Assembly: GCA_000004985.1 (NCBI GenBank)
Contig: GG738905.1
Reading direction: 5' to 3' (one strand)
Source of the DNA: Naegleria gruberi
Lineage: Eukaryota
DNA length: 64,000 nt
Part shown: in pieces, positions 33,057 to 44,705 of the stretch
How positions within the stretch are numbered: position 1 is the first letter of the stretch
Layout of the letters: each line of letters starts with the position of its first letter
Notes under the pieces: model-generated
What the model was told of the DNA's origin: nothing
Database searches by the model: none
The model's input: only the letters and a program-made list of their open reading frames with translations
Program-made: the position numbers and the translations under genes

Positions 33057-35036
33057 ATGTTTTCAAATCTACCACCAGAGATTTTGTACCAAATATTCGC
33101 GTACTATGTCAATCCGTATAATTTGATTGACAATTTGATGGTCTGGCGACAATTAAACATGTCAACCTATTCGATGCTCGAGACGAGTTCTACCTTGTCA
33201 CTATTATTGAACATGTCTATTCGTGATCCATTGGTATTGCAGGCTCCGAGCAGAACTAAATATTATGAACCGTATGGTTTTGTTTTGGATGCTGATAATT
33301 TAGATGATGATGATGATGATGAGGATGAAAAACTTGCATTGAAGAATGGTAATACGGAAGGAGTTGAAAATAATGCTCGTAAAGAAGAAGAAGAAAATAA
33401 TGAAGATGATGATGATGAGGAAGATGAAGAAGGAGAACAGAAATTATTTTACAATAGTCATTGTTTTATTGATCAATTGCTTTTACGTTCTTTACAAAAT
33501 CAATTTATTGGAAGAATGGGAAATAGAGATAAACATCATGAATGGAAGTACAAGACAAGGAATGGAGAGTTGTGTGATCCAAGTGAATATGATTGTTTCA
33601 AAGATGGCCCACAATTTCATGATAAGTTTGAGGAATGGATTGATGCCTACTCTGAGAAGAAGAGTTGGATTTTGCAATTATTGTTGGAAATTAGTCTTGG
33701 AAGGGAAATGATTGAGTATTTGGGGATGAGGAATGTTGGATTTTGCATTGTGCAATATTTTCACAAATTGTTCGAACCTGCCATTCGAACTGTTGAAAAT
33801 TGGAAGGAAAATCCAAAGTCAATTTTGGAATTTTCTGATATTTTCAATAGCAATTTATATGAATTGTTAGAGATGGCCATGAAGAAGGAAACAATTCTCA
33901 AGGATAACATGTCAGATTTCTGGTTTCAAATGGAAACAATTTCAAATTCAATTCCTAGACAAGTTATTTTGTTTATTGCTGAAAACTTTTCACATCTGAA
34001 TATTCGCTTAGGCGAGGGAGAGGAAATGACATGCTCTGTGTTTATATTCCAAGAACTGAGAAAGTTTGGTATTTGTGTGGAGAAGCTCCAATTCTTGGAT
34101 AAACGATCTAAATTTGGAAACTTTGAAAGAACTAGCTTTCTCAACTCGGTCATACCAGAAATTTCCGATGGGTTTTACTTGCAACACTTTGCTGTATGGA
34201 TTAAGAGCATTCCTCTATTAGAATGGTGTTTGGATGTAGATTCAACCCAAATGAATCAAACATTGGCCGAATGTTTACAAAAACCAAACCAATCAATTCT
34301 AAATGTGAAAATGAATTCCTATGCCAAAACCTATCTTGTTGACAAGCTACCATTTACTATTCTACACTATGCTGTATCGATGTGCAATGTTGAAATGGTT
34401 GAATTGTTGACCAACAAATATTTGGCAAATCCAGTGTTTGAAACTACATATCATGCAGTGAGTCCTCTCTCTTTAGCTATAAGAAATAGTAAGAATGTTG
34501 GAAAGGGAAGAAACAATGAAGAGGATGAAATTATGAAAATATTTTCCAAGCATTATCAAAGTGAAATTGAAAAACAAGGCACCAGTTCATCTGTGGGAAG
34601 TGAATCCAAAACTTTCGAAACTGATGGAAGAACGTATGAGGAAGATAATAGTGACCTAGATGAAGAATACTATTCAGATTATTCTTATGATATTCCTCCC
34701 CATCAAAATGTTGTTGTGGAACAATGGAATACTAAAATTTACGATACTCTTGGAGTCACTGACTTTAGTGACGATGAGTACGAGGAGGGATTAGATTTCA
34801 AGCAATTAGGCCACATTTTTAAAAACTTGGAAAATGAAGCAAATAATCCCCTCAAAAGAAAGAGATTTGATCCATTGGCATTCGAAGATTATTCACAAAA
34901 TTTCATTGAAAATAGATTGAAAAATACGATTGCACCTTTTGAATCCAATACATGGGATTACGACCTCAAGCAGGAGTTTGAAGGAGAGTTGACAGAAAAT
35001 ATTCCAGCCATTAAAATTCTGCAAGAGAAGGTGTAA
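33057..35036 (+). CDS. F-box / ankyrin-repeat protein with acidic tracts
   Basis: The start is A-rich. The F-box reads LPPEILYQIFAYYV. An ankyrin-like segment reads ILHYAVSMCNVEMVELLTNKYLANP...SPLSLAIRNS. The ORF ends 12 nt before the N gap. Confidence 0.55.
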   Translation: MFSNLPPEILYQIFAYYVNPYNLIDNLMVWRQLNMSTYSMLETSSTLSLLLNMSIRDPLVLQAPSRTKYYEPYGFVLDADNLDDDDDDEDEKLALKNGNTEGVENNARKEEEENNEDDDDEEDEEGEQKLFYNSHCFIDQLLLRSLQNQFIGRMGNRDKHHEWKYKTRNGELCDPSEYDCFKDGPQFHDKFEEWIDAYSEKKSWILQLLLEISLGREMIEYLGMRNVGFCIVQYFHKLFEPAIRTVENWKENPKSILEFSDIFNSNLYELLEMAMKKETILKDNMSDFWFQMETISNSIPRQVILFIAENFSHLNIRLGEGEEMTCSVFIFQELRKFGICVEKLQFLDKRSKFGNFERTSFLNSVIPEISDGFYLQHFAVWIKSIPLLEWCLDVDSTQMNQTLAECLQKPNQSILNVKMNSYAKTYLVDKLPFTILHYAVSMCNVEMVELLTNKYLANPVFETTYHAVSPLSLAIRNSKNVGKGRNNEEDEIMKIFSKHYQSEIEKQGTSSSVGSESKTFETDGRTYEEDNSDLDEEYYSDYSYDIPPHQNVVVEQWNTKIYDTLGVTDFSDDEYEEGLDFKQLGHIFKNLENEANNPLKRKRFDPLAFEDYSQNFIENRLKNTIAPFESNTWDYDLKQEFEGELTENIPAIKILQEKV

Positions 35037-35049
35037 AAAGAGAAAATGA

Positions 35050-35099
35050 NNNNNNNNNNNNNNNNNNNNNNNNNNNNNNNNNNNNNNNNNNNNNNNNNN
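35050..35099. other. Assembly gap (50 N)
   Basis: A run of 50 N. Confidence 0.99.
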
Positions 35100-35388
35100 T
35101 TGATAACATTTCTTCATGCTCATCTGACAGTATGGTTTCGAATGCTTGCCAACTTAAAATGATTCTGAAATCAAATGAGGAAACAATTTTCGCCGATAAT
35201 ACCTGCATCTCTTGCAAGACCCTTGCCGATTACAAAGAAATGAATCCTGAATTGATTTGCACAACTGGAGATGGTTTTCCAACCATTATAGAATCACACC
35301 AATCTTACGATTATGAAATTAAATTCACAGAGAGCAGAGAAGAAGCAATTCATTGGATGAATGGCAAGTTATTCAATTAAGGACTTTA

Positions 35389-36303
35389 TTAATCTGCAAA
35401 TCCAGAACCTCCATGGCTTGAGGAGCCACCTCCACCACCACCACCTCCTCCTCCAAAATCATTCGAAGTGGTATAATTGGTATCATTGAAAGAGGAATAA
35501 TTACCACCACTCCCATCACCACCATTTCCTCCACCACCTCCACCTTTTCTATTCCTCAAAACACAAAATAATATCAGACCTGTAAGGAGGAAAGTTCCAC
35601 CAATTACACTAAGGATAATGGCTGCATTGATGGCACTTTGGTCAATTAGGCATTTATCGTATTGGTTGGAATTGGTACGAAAGGTTACGGATGGGGTGTA
35701 TTGAGAAATGAGATTTGATTTCTGATAGAAAATGGAATATTGTTGATTGGAATTGAGTGTGAGAATTCCATTGCTGTCAGGAGTTGGGGGATTTGAGAAA
35801 TCAATAGTGGAATCAAAGATGAATGTGGAATTTAGATTTAAAATCTTGTAATTATCCTTGTAATAATACGAAACTTGATAAGCCTTTTGACTTTCAGTTT
35901 GGAAGAAACTGTTCGATCCAGAAATAGTATACGAAAGTTTAAAGGATAGTACAGTTATTCCATTTTCAGGAGTTGACGGCTCCAAATACAGTACTACATA
36001 TGGACTTTCACTAATTTTCTGATACTCACTTCTAATGTTATATCCATTATCCGAAACTAAAGTCACAGAACGATCATATGCATTGGAAGCGAGTGGAGGT
36101 AATGCTCTTCCAATTCTAGAAAAGGTTCCATTAAATTCATATTGAAAATATTCAACAATTTTCAATGAACAATCTCCGTTTCGAATATAAATTTCAGAAG
36201 AAAGTGATTGTAGTGAGTAGGATTTGGCAGTTGAAGAATTGGTCATGGCTGCTAGCAGCAGTAAAGCTATTAGAAATGCAGACAACAGGACGAAGATTCG
36301 CAT
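35389..36303 (-). CDS. Secreted / single-pass membrane glycoprotein with a poly-Gly cytoplasmic tail
   Basis: A signal peptide (MRIFVLLSAFLIALLLLAAM) precedes an ectodomain with many N-x-S/T sites, a TM helix (AAIILSVIGGTFLLTGLILFCVL) and Gly runs. Confidence 0.5.
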   Translation of the reverse strand: MRIFVLLSAFLIALLLLAAMTNSSTAKSYSLQSLSSEIYIRNGDCSLKIVEYFQYEFNGTFSRIGRALPPLASNAYDRSVTLVSDNGYNIRSEYQKISESPYVVLYLEPSTPENGITVLSFKLSYTISGSNSFFQTESQKAYQVSYYYKDNYKILNLNSTFIFDSTIDFSNPPTPDSNGILTLNSNQQYSIFYQKSNLISQYTPSVTFRTNSNQYDKCLIDQSAINAAIILSVIGGTFLLTGLILFCVLRNRKGGGGGGNGGDGSGGNYSSFNDTNYTTSNDFGGGGGGGGGGSSSHGGSGFAD

Positions 36304-36723
36304 TCTAATATTTTTTTTAATGTGTGTGAAAATTGATGTAAATTAGAAAGCTAATATTTGCGCGAGAAATAATTGCATTCGCCATTTTGAGAAAGCATGT
36401 TACCTGATTTTGATTATAATAACGAACTTTTCATTACATAAATTTTGTTGTTCTATCTACAAACAATGTTGTAAATAAAGATGAAGAACTGAGGTGGTGC
36501 CCTATTAAAAAAAAAATAATAATTATTTTGAAGGGATATTACAAGACGTTGGGAGTTTTCCAACAGAAATTAACAATTCATGACATTGAGTGAAATTGCA
36601 GATTTAACAAGTCAAATAGTGGTTAGAACCTGCACCGATTCTTCGGAAGAATTGTTGAATATTTTGATGAATGGTTGGAATGTATTTATTGTTGTATTTA
36701 TGGATCGGTGTAATGGAACACAT

Positions 36724-37189
36724 TCATTTAGTAATTTCTTTCAATTCATTAAGGTGCAACACTTGAACGTCATACGTATTACTCAATGTGTGAACACCAT
36801 AATCATTTGAAAGAAGCTTTACATTATTATTAATGCAAACGTTTTCTTTGAGATATTTGGCTGTCAAAATAATTTCCTCATCCCATGTAATATCTCCAAC
36901 CAACATGCTCCTAATATATTTCTGAACATCTTCTACAGGTTCATTATGTCTCAATGAACCTAATGAATCAGTAATTTGTTGTAGAGCTACTATTTTTTTC
37001 CTCAAAGCATTATCATTCTTCAAGCCATCCAATTCTATAAGAACTCTCCTGGGGAAACAAACTAACTCACCTAATAATTCAATGTAATCAAATACCTTTT
37101 GAGTTTCATCAATTTTCATGGTTATCAAAATATTGGTGTCAAACACCCAAATGCCAGTTATTGGTTTAACTAAATGATGAACAGTGCTG
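36724..37189 (-). CDS. PIN-domain protein, 5' end lost in the assembly gap
   Basis: The frame stays open from the gap (...LVKPITGIWVFDTNILITMKIDE). The PIN signatures are FDTNILI for the first acidic residue and VLIELDGLK and LLSNDYGV for later ones. Confidence 0.55.
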
Positions 37190-37239
37190 NNNNNNNNNNN
37201 NNNNNNNNNNNNNNNNNNNNNNNNNNNNNNNNNNNNNNN
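37190..37239. other. Assembly gap (50 N)
   Basis: A run of 50 N. Confidence 0.99.
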
Positions 37240-39631
37240 AGCGTAAGTTTGGATTCACTTTGTTGACATTAAGATGTTAATTTTCGAAAATTCAGATGGT
37301 GAAATTGTTGAGTGCTACTCTTTAGAACCATTCATTGAGGGAGAATATCAAAAATATTTTAGTAATAGTGGAGAAGTGCCATGTATTGCGGCAGCCATCC
37401 AGTCTCCAGAAGTAATGGCATTATTCCAGACCTCCCAAACGTTCTCCCATTGGACATATGAAATAACCAAACAAAATTTAATAGTTACAGATATTCAGGG
37501 TGTGAAATATAGAATGACAGATCCAGCAATTTCCTCAGTAGGTCAATTATATGGAGAAACAGACACTGGTGAGGAAGGATTTAAAGACTTTTTTGAAGCT
37601 CACTATTGTAATGAACTTTGTTTAAAACTTGGATTGAAACATCCAAACGGTGATTTGTACATGGAACATCCATCTCTTCCAAAAACAATTTCAAACACAA
37701 TTGACCATGTAGACTTCTGTTCAGGATACTGTTGTGGAAACTATATTGAATACAAGATTGGTGAGAAAACACCAGATGGCACGCTTTTTTGCAACAAATG
37801 TAACCAGCGTAATAGTATAACTGAAAAGAAAGTTTGTAAAAAGAAAGGATGTTCCCTTAAATTTGAAATTGAAAGATGGTATTGGGTATCAACTGGAAAA
37901 CATCCACCAACCAAATGTCATCTACACAGAGGAACTATAGCATCTGAATTAAGGGATTGGAAGAAAAACAAAACCCTACCAAATGGAGCTCTCTTCACTC
38001 AAGAAGAAATGCAAAATCAATTAGATAAGGATCCAGATTTGAAAAAGCAATTTGAGAAGAGTATCATCCAAGAAAAGAAACCAGATTTATTTAATACTGT
38101 TGTTATTTCAAATCTCCCTGCTAGAACAAATTCCATGGATATCTTTAATATGCTTCCCCCTTTCTTCACTAATAGAAATCAGAAAGTGAAAGTCACTGAA
38201 CTTGAAGTGCCTTCAACCTTCAGCATTGAGTTTGAGAATGAACCAATTGCGTTAGAGGCATATCAAATTCTTGGATCATACATCCATAGAAGAAGATTAA
38301 TTGTTTGTAGACCTCTACAACACAAACATGAATCAGTGAAACTGGATAAAAGCTCCATCAATATTCAGTTGTCAAAGTATCCAAATGTTAAATGCAGTGA
38401 TATTTTACAATATTTCAAGGATTCGAATTACAAAATTCAAGACAAGTACTATGAGGAAAACAAGTTTGCAAATTTCACATTCTCTGATCCCTCAATAGCA
38501 CCAACCTTGGTCTCAAAAGGTTTATCTATTGATGGCACACTTGTTAAAGTTGTTTATAAGAAGGAGAAGCCAATTACTAAACAAGATGTACCACTAAAGA
38601 ATTTTAAGGAAAAGAAAATAGAAATTGATGAAAACGTTGACAAGACATCTGTACACATCAAATGGAGACCTAAAAATCCATCCGAATCTGTTCAGTTGCA
38701 AGAGATTGATCTTTTAAAACTTTTGAACCAATCTGACATTTTTAAGAAGAAATTCAATTCTGCTAAATCATTTATGCAAATTACTTTCAAATCAGAACAA
38801 TCTGCAGCATTATTGATTAAAAATGGTTTAAAGTTGCCAAACTTCAAGTTTACAATCAATTTCAAGAAGATACAAGAAAATGAAAGGAGCAATGATTGTA
38901 ATGAAAAACGAGTACAAAGTGAGGCCAAATCCAAAAAAGAAAAGCAATATCCAAAGGTTGTGGCAAACTCGCTTACTCCAACATCTGATTCAACTACCAA
39001 AAATCTTAAAAGCAATATTTCAACATCTAACAATCAATCACCCAAGCAACAAAATATTTCTAAAATGCAAAATTTGATGTTTGTTTTTGATATTAACACA
39101 CTTTTGAAAATTGGTAATTTACGTAATTTACTAGGACAATTTCTAGAAAACCACATCCAGTTTTGTGTTCCAGATATTAAATTGGACGAAATGAACGAAG
39201 ACACGTTTGCGGTTCAAAATTTAGTAGATGAATTCAAAGAAATCAATGTACAAGTTCCTGATGAATCAAATAATCTCACTTTAAGAACTCTTAAAGTAAC
39301 CAAAAAGGTGTCTGACAATTATCCAAATAGGAATGTTATGCTTGTGACAGATGATAAAGAATTGAAAGCTAACGCAGATAAATTCAGATTGAATGTTATC
39401 AATAGCTCAGCAATGAATCAATTAATTAGACAGTCAAGCGTAAATAATTCAGTACCAAAGCCAATACCATCAATTTCCAATCCATCACAAAAATCTACAA
39501 CTATTCCAACAACTAATACTGTTGAAACAATTATCATAGAACCATCTAATCAAAGAACAACCAACACACCTGTACCTGTTCCTGTTTTGCAAAGTATGAC
39601 CAAACTGATTAGTCATGGAAAGAGAAAATGA
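37240..39631 (+). CDS. Alpha-kinase (C-terminal half of the catalytic domain) - Cys/His-rich cluster - long Lys-rich linker - C-terminal PIN-like domain. The 5' end is lost in the gap.
   Basis: The frame is open from the gap. LEPFIEGEYQKYFSNSG ... TDIQGVKYRMTDPAI ... GETDTGEEGFKDFFEAHYCNELCLKL matches the alpha-kinase (eEF2K/MHCK) C-lobe, including DxQG, TDP and the Gly-rich and HxCN motifs. The Cys/His cluster is CSGYCCGN...CNKCNQ...CKKKGC...CHLH. The C-terminal FVFDINTLLK...CVPDIKLDEM...VMLVTDDKELKANA is PIN-like. Confidence 0.7.
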
Positions 39632-39772
39632 ATCTAAATCAAAAAATAGACTATTATTAAATAATTTTTATTTTTGGATAATTATTGGATGAGAACAAAT
39701 GTTTGTTACAAACAATACCCTATTGATCGTCCACTGCGAAAGCTTTATGAATGGCAACTATTCATGAGTACT

Positions 39773-42700
39773 CTAATGGAGAGAAATGATAGCTTGTTTT
39801 TCCACATGTTGAGCACTTGAAGACATTCTCAAATTATCTAAACTCATTCTCAATGCAGAATCTCCTCCTCTAAAAACCTCCAAAGTTCCCTCCCTTAAAT
39901 CATCTTCCTTATTTGGTTCGTGAATGTATGTTTTCATTTGACCTTTTCCTTTCACTTCGACATATCGTTCTTGGAATTCGTGTTTATCTTTGAGTCGTTG
40001 ATAGCATGTTTCGGTTACTTGAATGAATCCTGCAGGGCATGTACTTTCCATTCTTGAAGCAGTCTTTGATAATGTTATTTAAATTGTAAAGTGTGAAAAA
40101 TAAACTTACATTCACAGCATCAGACCAGACATCGTAGGCATATTTCAATACTCCACAAACTCCTGCAACTATTGGTCCAGAGTTAATGCCAACTCTTATT
40201 CCAATATTCAATCCATGATCCTCACAAAACAATTGAACTACTTCTGACAACTTGACAGCAAATGTGAAAGTTCTTTCCACATGATGAGCTTCATTCATAC
40301 CATCAGGTTTCAATCCAGCAGTACAGAAATACTTGGATCCAATTGTCTTTATCTTTTCCAAATTGAAATTGATGGTCAAGTCATCAAATTCATGAATAAT
40401 TTCATTCAAAGTTTGAACCAAATCAAAAGCAGATAAATTCAAATCCAATAATCCAACAATATCACTAAACAAAATGGTTACATCATCGAACTTGTCAGCA
40501 ATCAGAGTTTCTCCTGCAATCAGACGTTGAGCTACACTCTCTGGCATGATATTCATCAAGAGAGATTCGCTTTTTTTCTTTTCCTCAGCTAGTTCCTTAA
40601 CTTGTACTTTGTGTTCTGAAATATCACGCATGAAACATGAAATGATGTTTCGTCCTTCTAGTGCCGAAACTGAAATTCTCAATTCAACTGGGAATGATGA
40701 AGAATTCTTTCTTAAACCATTTAGTTCAAGAGTTTCAGAATAGCTTGTGGCAGAAACTCCCATTTTGGAAATGACTGGTTCTAGATTGGCAGCTGATTCC
40801 TTGTCAAATAATTTGTGGAGTGGAAATCCAATAATTTGATCTCCTCTGAATCCAAATAACTTTTCAGAAGCATTGTTGAAAATGTCAATTGTGCCACTTG
40901 ATGAGCAAATGACAGCACTCGTTAAGGCAGCTTCTAGAATGGCTCTTTCTTTTGTCGTTTTGAATTTGTTTTTCGATCTGGACTTTCCATTAGATAAGAG
41001 ATGGAAGAAGATATAGTTTCGAATATCGTCATTGGTATCCAATATTTCCCATGGAATGTAATTGAACAATTTTCTGAGAACATAATTTTCATTCTCAATG
41101 GTAGAGGTATACGTGTAGGTAATCCATGTCAGAAATAGCAATAATGGACAACCTAGGACAGCTGACAGTATTGTCATCAATGGTTGTTCTTGGAAAAAGT
41201 TGTAATAACAGAGTTTGTTTAAGGTTTCCAAATTGGTGAGTAGTACTATGGAATGATCAAAGAGAAATTCTGCCAATTCATTGATTTGTTTCATTTCTAG
41301 AGAGATAGTTTCGTTTGAGATTAGTAATTGATTGAAATTCAAAATGCTAGTTCTGAACTGCCCTATTTGGGTATCCAAAGATTGACAATCAAAATGAGAA
41401 CAATTAGTTGGCAATGTCAATAATAAATTGTCGATATTCGGATTGAATCCACTCAAACTAAAGTAATCATCAATTTGAGAACCATATCTCAACATATTCC
41501 AGTTTCTGTCAAATAAACTCATATCTGCCAATAATCTGTCATGAAATTTAACTCTCTTCTCATAATCTGCAATTGAAGCTACTTGAAGAAGATCATATCT
41601 TAAACTCTGAGATATATGCATTGATTGTGCTGTAGATTCCAACTTGTAAAGTCCATGTTCCAATATTTTCAATTTTCTGAAAATATCAGCAACGATCAAA
41701 GACATGGTTGCTGTGGCCACAATGAAGGACAAACAAACAACAATTACCAAAAAACTATTGGATGAGATACTATCCTTTGTGGAGTCTACATTCGTACCAT
41801 CCTTATCAATCAATCTCTCCATTCCAATAATGACCTTCTTGGATTCGTCTTTTGGAATTTTCTTAAACAAGTTTAGGATTTGTTTTCTCTGGTGAAGGAA
41901 TTTAAAACTACAAAAACCATTGAAAATCAAATATAGAAAGAAAATTAATCCAATAAATGATGATAAGGCAATGTAAGCATATGAATAGTTCCTTAATTCG
42001 CCTTGTTGGAATTGAAGAGTTTTTTGGAAGAAATCTAACATTCCATCTGAGAATGCTACTCGATTCATTTCAATGAAATTCAATAATTCTTGACTGATCT
42101 TCAAGTTGGATGTGTTTGTGGAAATAATTGTTTCAGATAGAACTCGTTTCGTCTTTTTCACAAACCATGAAGTTGAGGAATTTTTGTAAACTTGATTATC
42201 AAGAAGGAGAGTCTTGTCTTGTTTAGTATACAATAAGGAAACCAATTCATTGAATGAGAAGGAATCGAATAGAGTTTCGAACGAGTCAATCTTTGCAAGG
42301 TCGTTTTCCAGAACGTTCTGAAATGATTTTCTATACTCTAAAGATGAGCTATAATTCAAAGTTGACATTGCTCCAATATTTCCATTCACATTCGAAACTC
42401 CACAAAGTGTAGAAGTCGGAATTGAACTCAACATGGCAGATTTCAACAAAATATCGAATACACTATCATTCTGTGTAAATGAAAGTCCAACAATTAACAA
42501 AATTGCAATCAACACAATCGAAACCAAACCAGAGCTCACAATAAAATAAAACGTCGTTCTATTCTCATCCTTCTTATGAAGTGCCGAGCTGAAAACTTCT
42601 TGTTGCTTATCAGCTTGATCCATCAACTCTTCTGGTTGTTGTTCACTTACAGAGATGGAATCAAAGGCCTCATCATTGACATTCTCACTGAACATGTCGA

Positions 42701-44705
42701 CTCTCATGCCGTTGTTGTTATTGCTGCTACTACTTGTGTAGCTCTTTGTTATGATGAGTTCTCCGTGTGTTTTATCTGATCTTTCATTATCTGAGTTGTT
42801 GTTATTGGATGAAGAATGTTGTGAGGATGGTTTGAATTTGAATTCTTCCTGATATTGAGCGAACATTTTCTGAATGGCATGATCTTCCTCATTGTCTATA
42901 AGGAGATTGTGGAAAGCTAGGTCGCATTCATTGGATAATCTTTGAATTTGTTGAACAATAGTGTCAACAGCAACAGAGGCCAATAAATTCTTCCAAAATT
43001 GGACAATTAGTAATCTAAGCATTTTGATTCTACGCTTCGTTCCCTCCATAATGATATCAGAGGCTCCCGAAGATGAAGTTCTCCCTTCAGATAAATTCTT
43101 TTCCAACTCTTTTGTTCGAATATAGAGAGAATATTGAATGAAAATGTTGGCTCTCTTTTTCTCTGCCTTCTTAATCACTATTAAGGCAAGAAAGAAGTTT
43201 GGTATTTCCTTGTAGAACATGGAAATGAGAATTAAACTCTGAGCATCATGGACTTCTGATTTGTGAACGATTCTAATGGCATCATTTGCTAATTTCTTAT
43301 CCTCATCCGATCCTTTCAATGAAAATTTAATAAAAGTTGACAAGTAAGGCAACTCTCTCTGTGTTAACAGGACATCAGATCCACAATTTACAATTGCCTT
43401 AGCGAGATGCGACCCCCTCCTCTTCACAGACTTGGAATAGAATTCCAATATCAGAAATCCAATCACGAAAAAGATGATTCCCAAAACAAGAGGTGAAAAA
43501 GTCAATCCCAATCCAAATTCCCACATGTCATCCACGTTGATGAGAGTACTCACGAGTGAGGCAATTCCTACTCCAACTCGAGCAAATCCAATTCCACCAT
43601 AAACTGCATTGGCTTTCCTCCTCAAGAATGGTAAATCGACAAACATCAAGACAATAAATCCAATAGAAAGAACAATATAATAGACAGGTCTCAGGAAATT
43701 GACTATATGAGGAGTCACTCCTGCCACAATCAAGTACAATTGATTCGTTCCAATCAGATAGCTCATCACGAATGGATTCTCCAAAACAAATTTGGCCTTA
43801 CTCGCCACCATCGTATCACAAAATATCATGACCGCGCTCATAGTGATCAGAATTTGAATGATACAGAACAGTAAACTGATACTAGCCAATATACCATTCA
43901 TCGTGCCCCAGCATTCCACATTTCTGAAATTCCTCAATGCAAATGAAGGTGGAGCTCCCTGAACAATAGAAACCTTACTAGTAAAATCACAATCAAAGAA
44001 ACCTTGCATGAGACCATAGGTTATTGGCAGAGAGAGGAAGGTCATTAGGAAGAAGACAAATCTACCTCCAGTTCTGATCTTTTTCCAATAAGAGCTACCC
44101 AGAATGATGGATCGGTAGGTAATGTAAATAATCAGAAAGCAAATTGACTGCATCACAAAGACAATCACTGCCAATGCAATAAATCCTTCATAGGGCAAGT
44201 ATTGAAATCCCAATGTTCTTGGTATGAGTAATATGTTATAAATGTATCTGCCATATTCACCCCAATTATAATCGATGGCCACTCCTAGTGAAAGCGTCTG
44301 ATAGGCAATCAGCATGTGTATCGAGAGACACATGAGTGGATGCAATGGTTTTTCCAATTTGAGTGATTGAACAAACATGAATAGTTTCCTAGTGATGGCT
44401 CCTTGATTGTCTGTTTGTGAAGGTTGTGAATTCACACCAGACAGTTCATCAGAAATTACATTAAAGTAACCACCTCCTCCTGCTGTTGTTTTTGTTATTG
44501 CTGCTGCTTGATTCCCTGAAGCATTATTAAGACTACTAGTACTTCCATTGATGGGAAGGATTGAGTTGGAGCTGGGAGCTTCGGAGAGTCTGTTAGTCGA
44601 TCGTCTGGAGAGAAAATTCGACCTCGTCTTGAGATTCCTTCCACTATTACTAGTATGAAGTGTATTGTTATTGTTATTATTTGAATTTGAATTTGATTTA
44701 TCCAT
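39773..44705 (-). CDS. Polytopic membrane protein with a PAS domain and a single C-terminal class III nucleotidyl cyclase homology domain. Exons are 44705..40110 and 40063..39773.
   Basis: The N-terminus is Asn-rich, followed by at least 8 TM helices, a roughly 300-aa loop and more TM helices. The PAS domain reads ILEAALTSAVICSSSGTIDIFNNASEKLFGFRGDQIIGFPL...FPVELRISV...CFMRDISEHK. The cyclase block reads FSDIVGL...EKIKTIGSKYFC...GIRVGINSGPIVAGVCG...YDVWSDAVN|TASRMEST. A 47-nt GTAAGT...CAAAG intron is present. Confidence 0.8.

Noticed and set aside
31838-33121. Overlapping plus-strand ORFs 31838..32086 and 32618..33121 in other frames of the Q-rich gene
   Set aside because: These are alternative-frame readings of CAA/CAG-rich low complexity. 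They have no independent start context and sit fully within the stronger 31381..33006 ORF.
39984-40110. C-terminal 40 aa of track ORF 39984..44705 (...VSLFFTLYNLNNIIKDCFKNGKYMPCRIHSSNRNMLSTTQR)
   Set aside because: This is read-through of a 47-nt intron. Splicing at GTAAGT (40109) to CAAAG (40064) restores the conserved cyclase C-terminus TASRMEST..., encoded by ORF 39773..40051.
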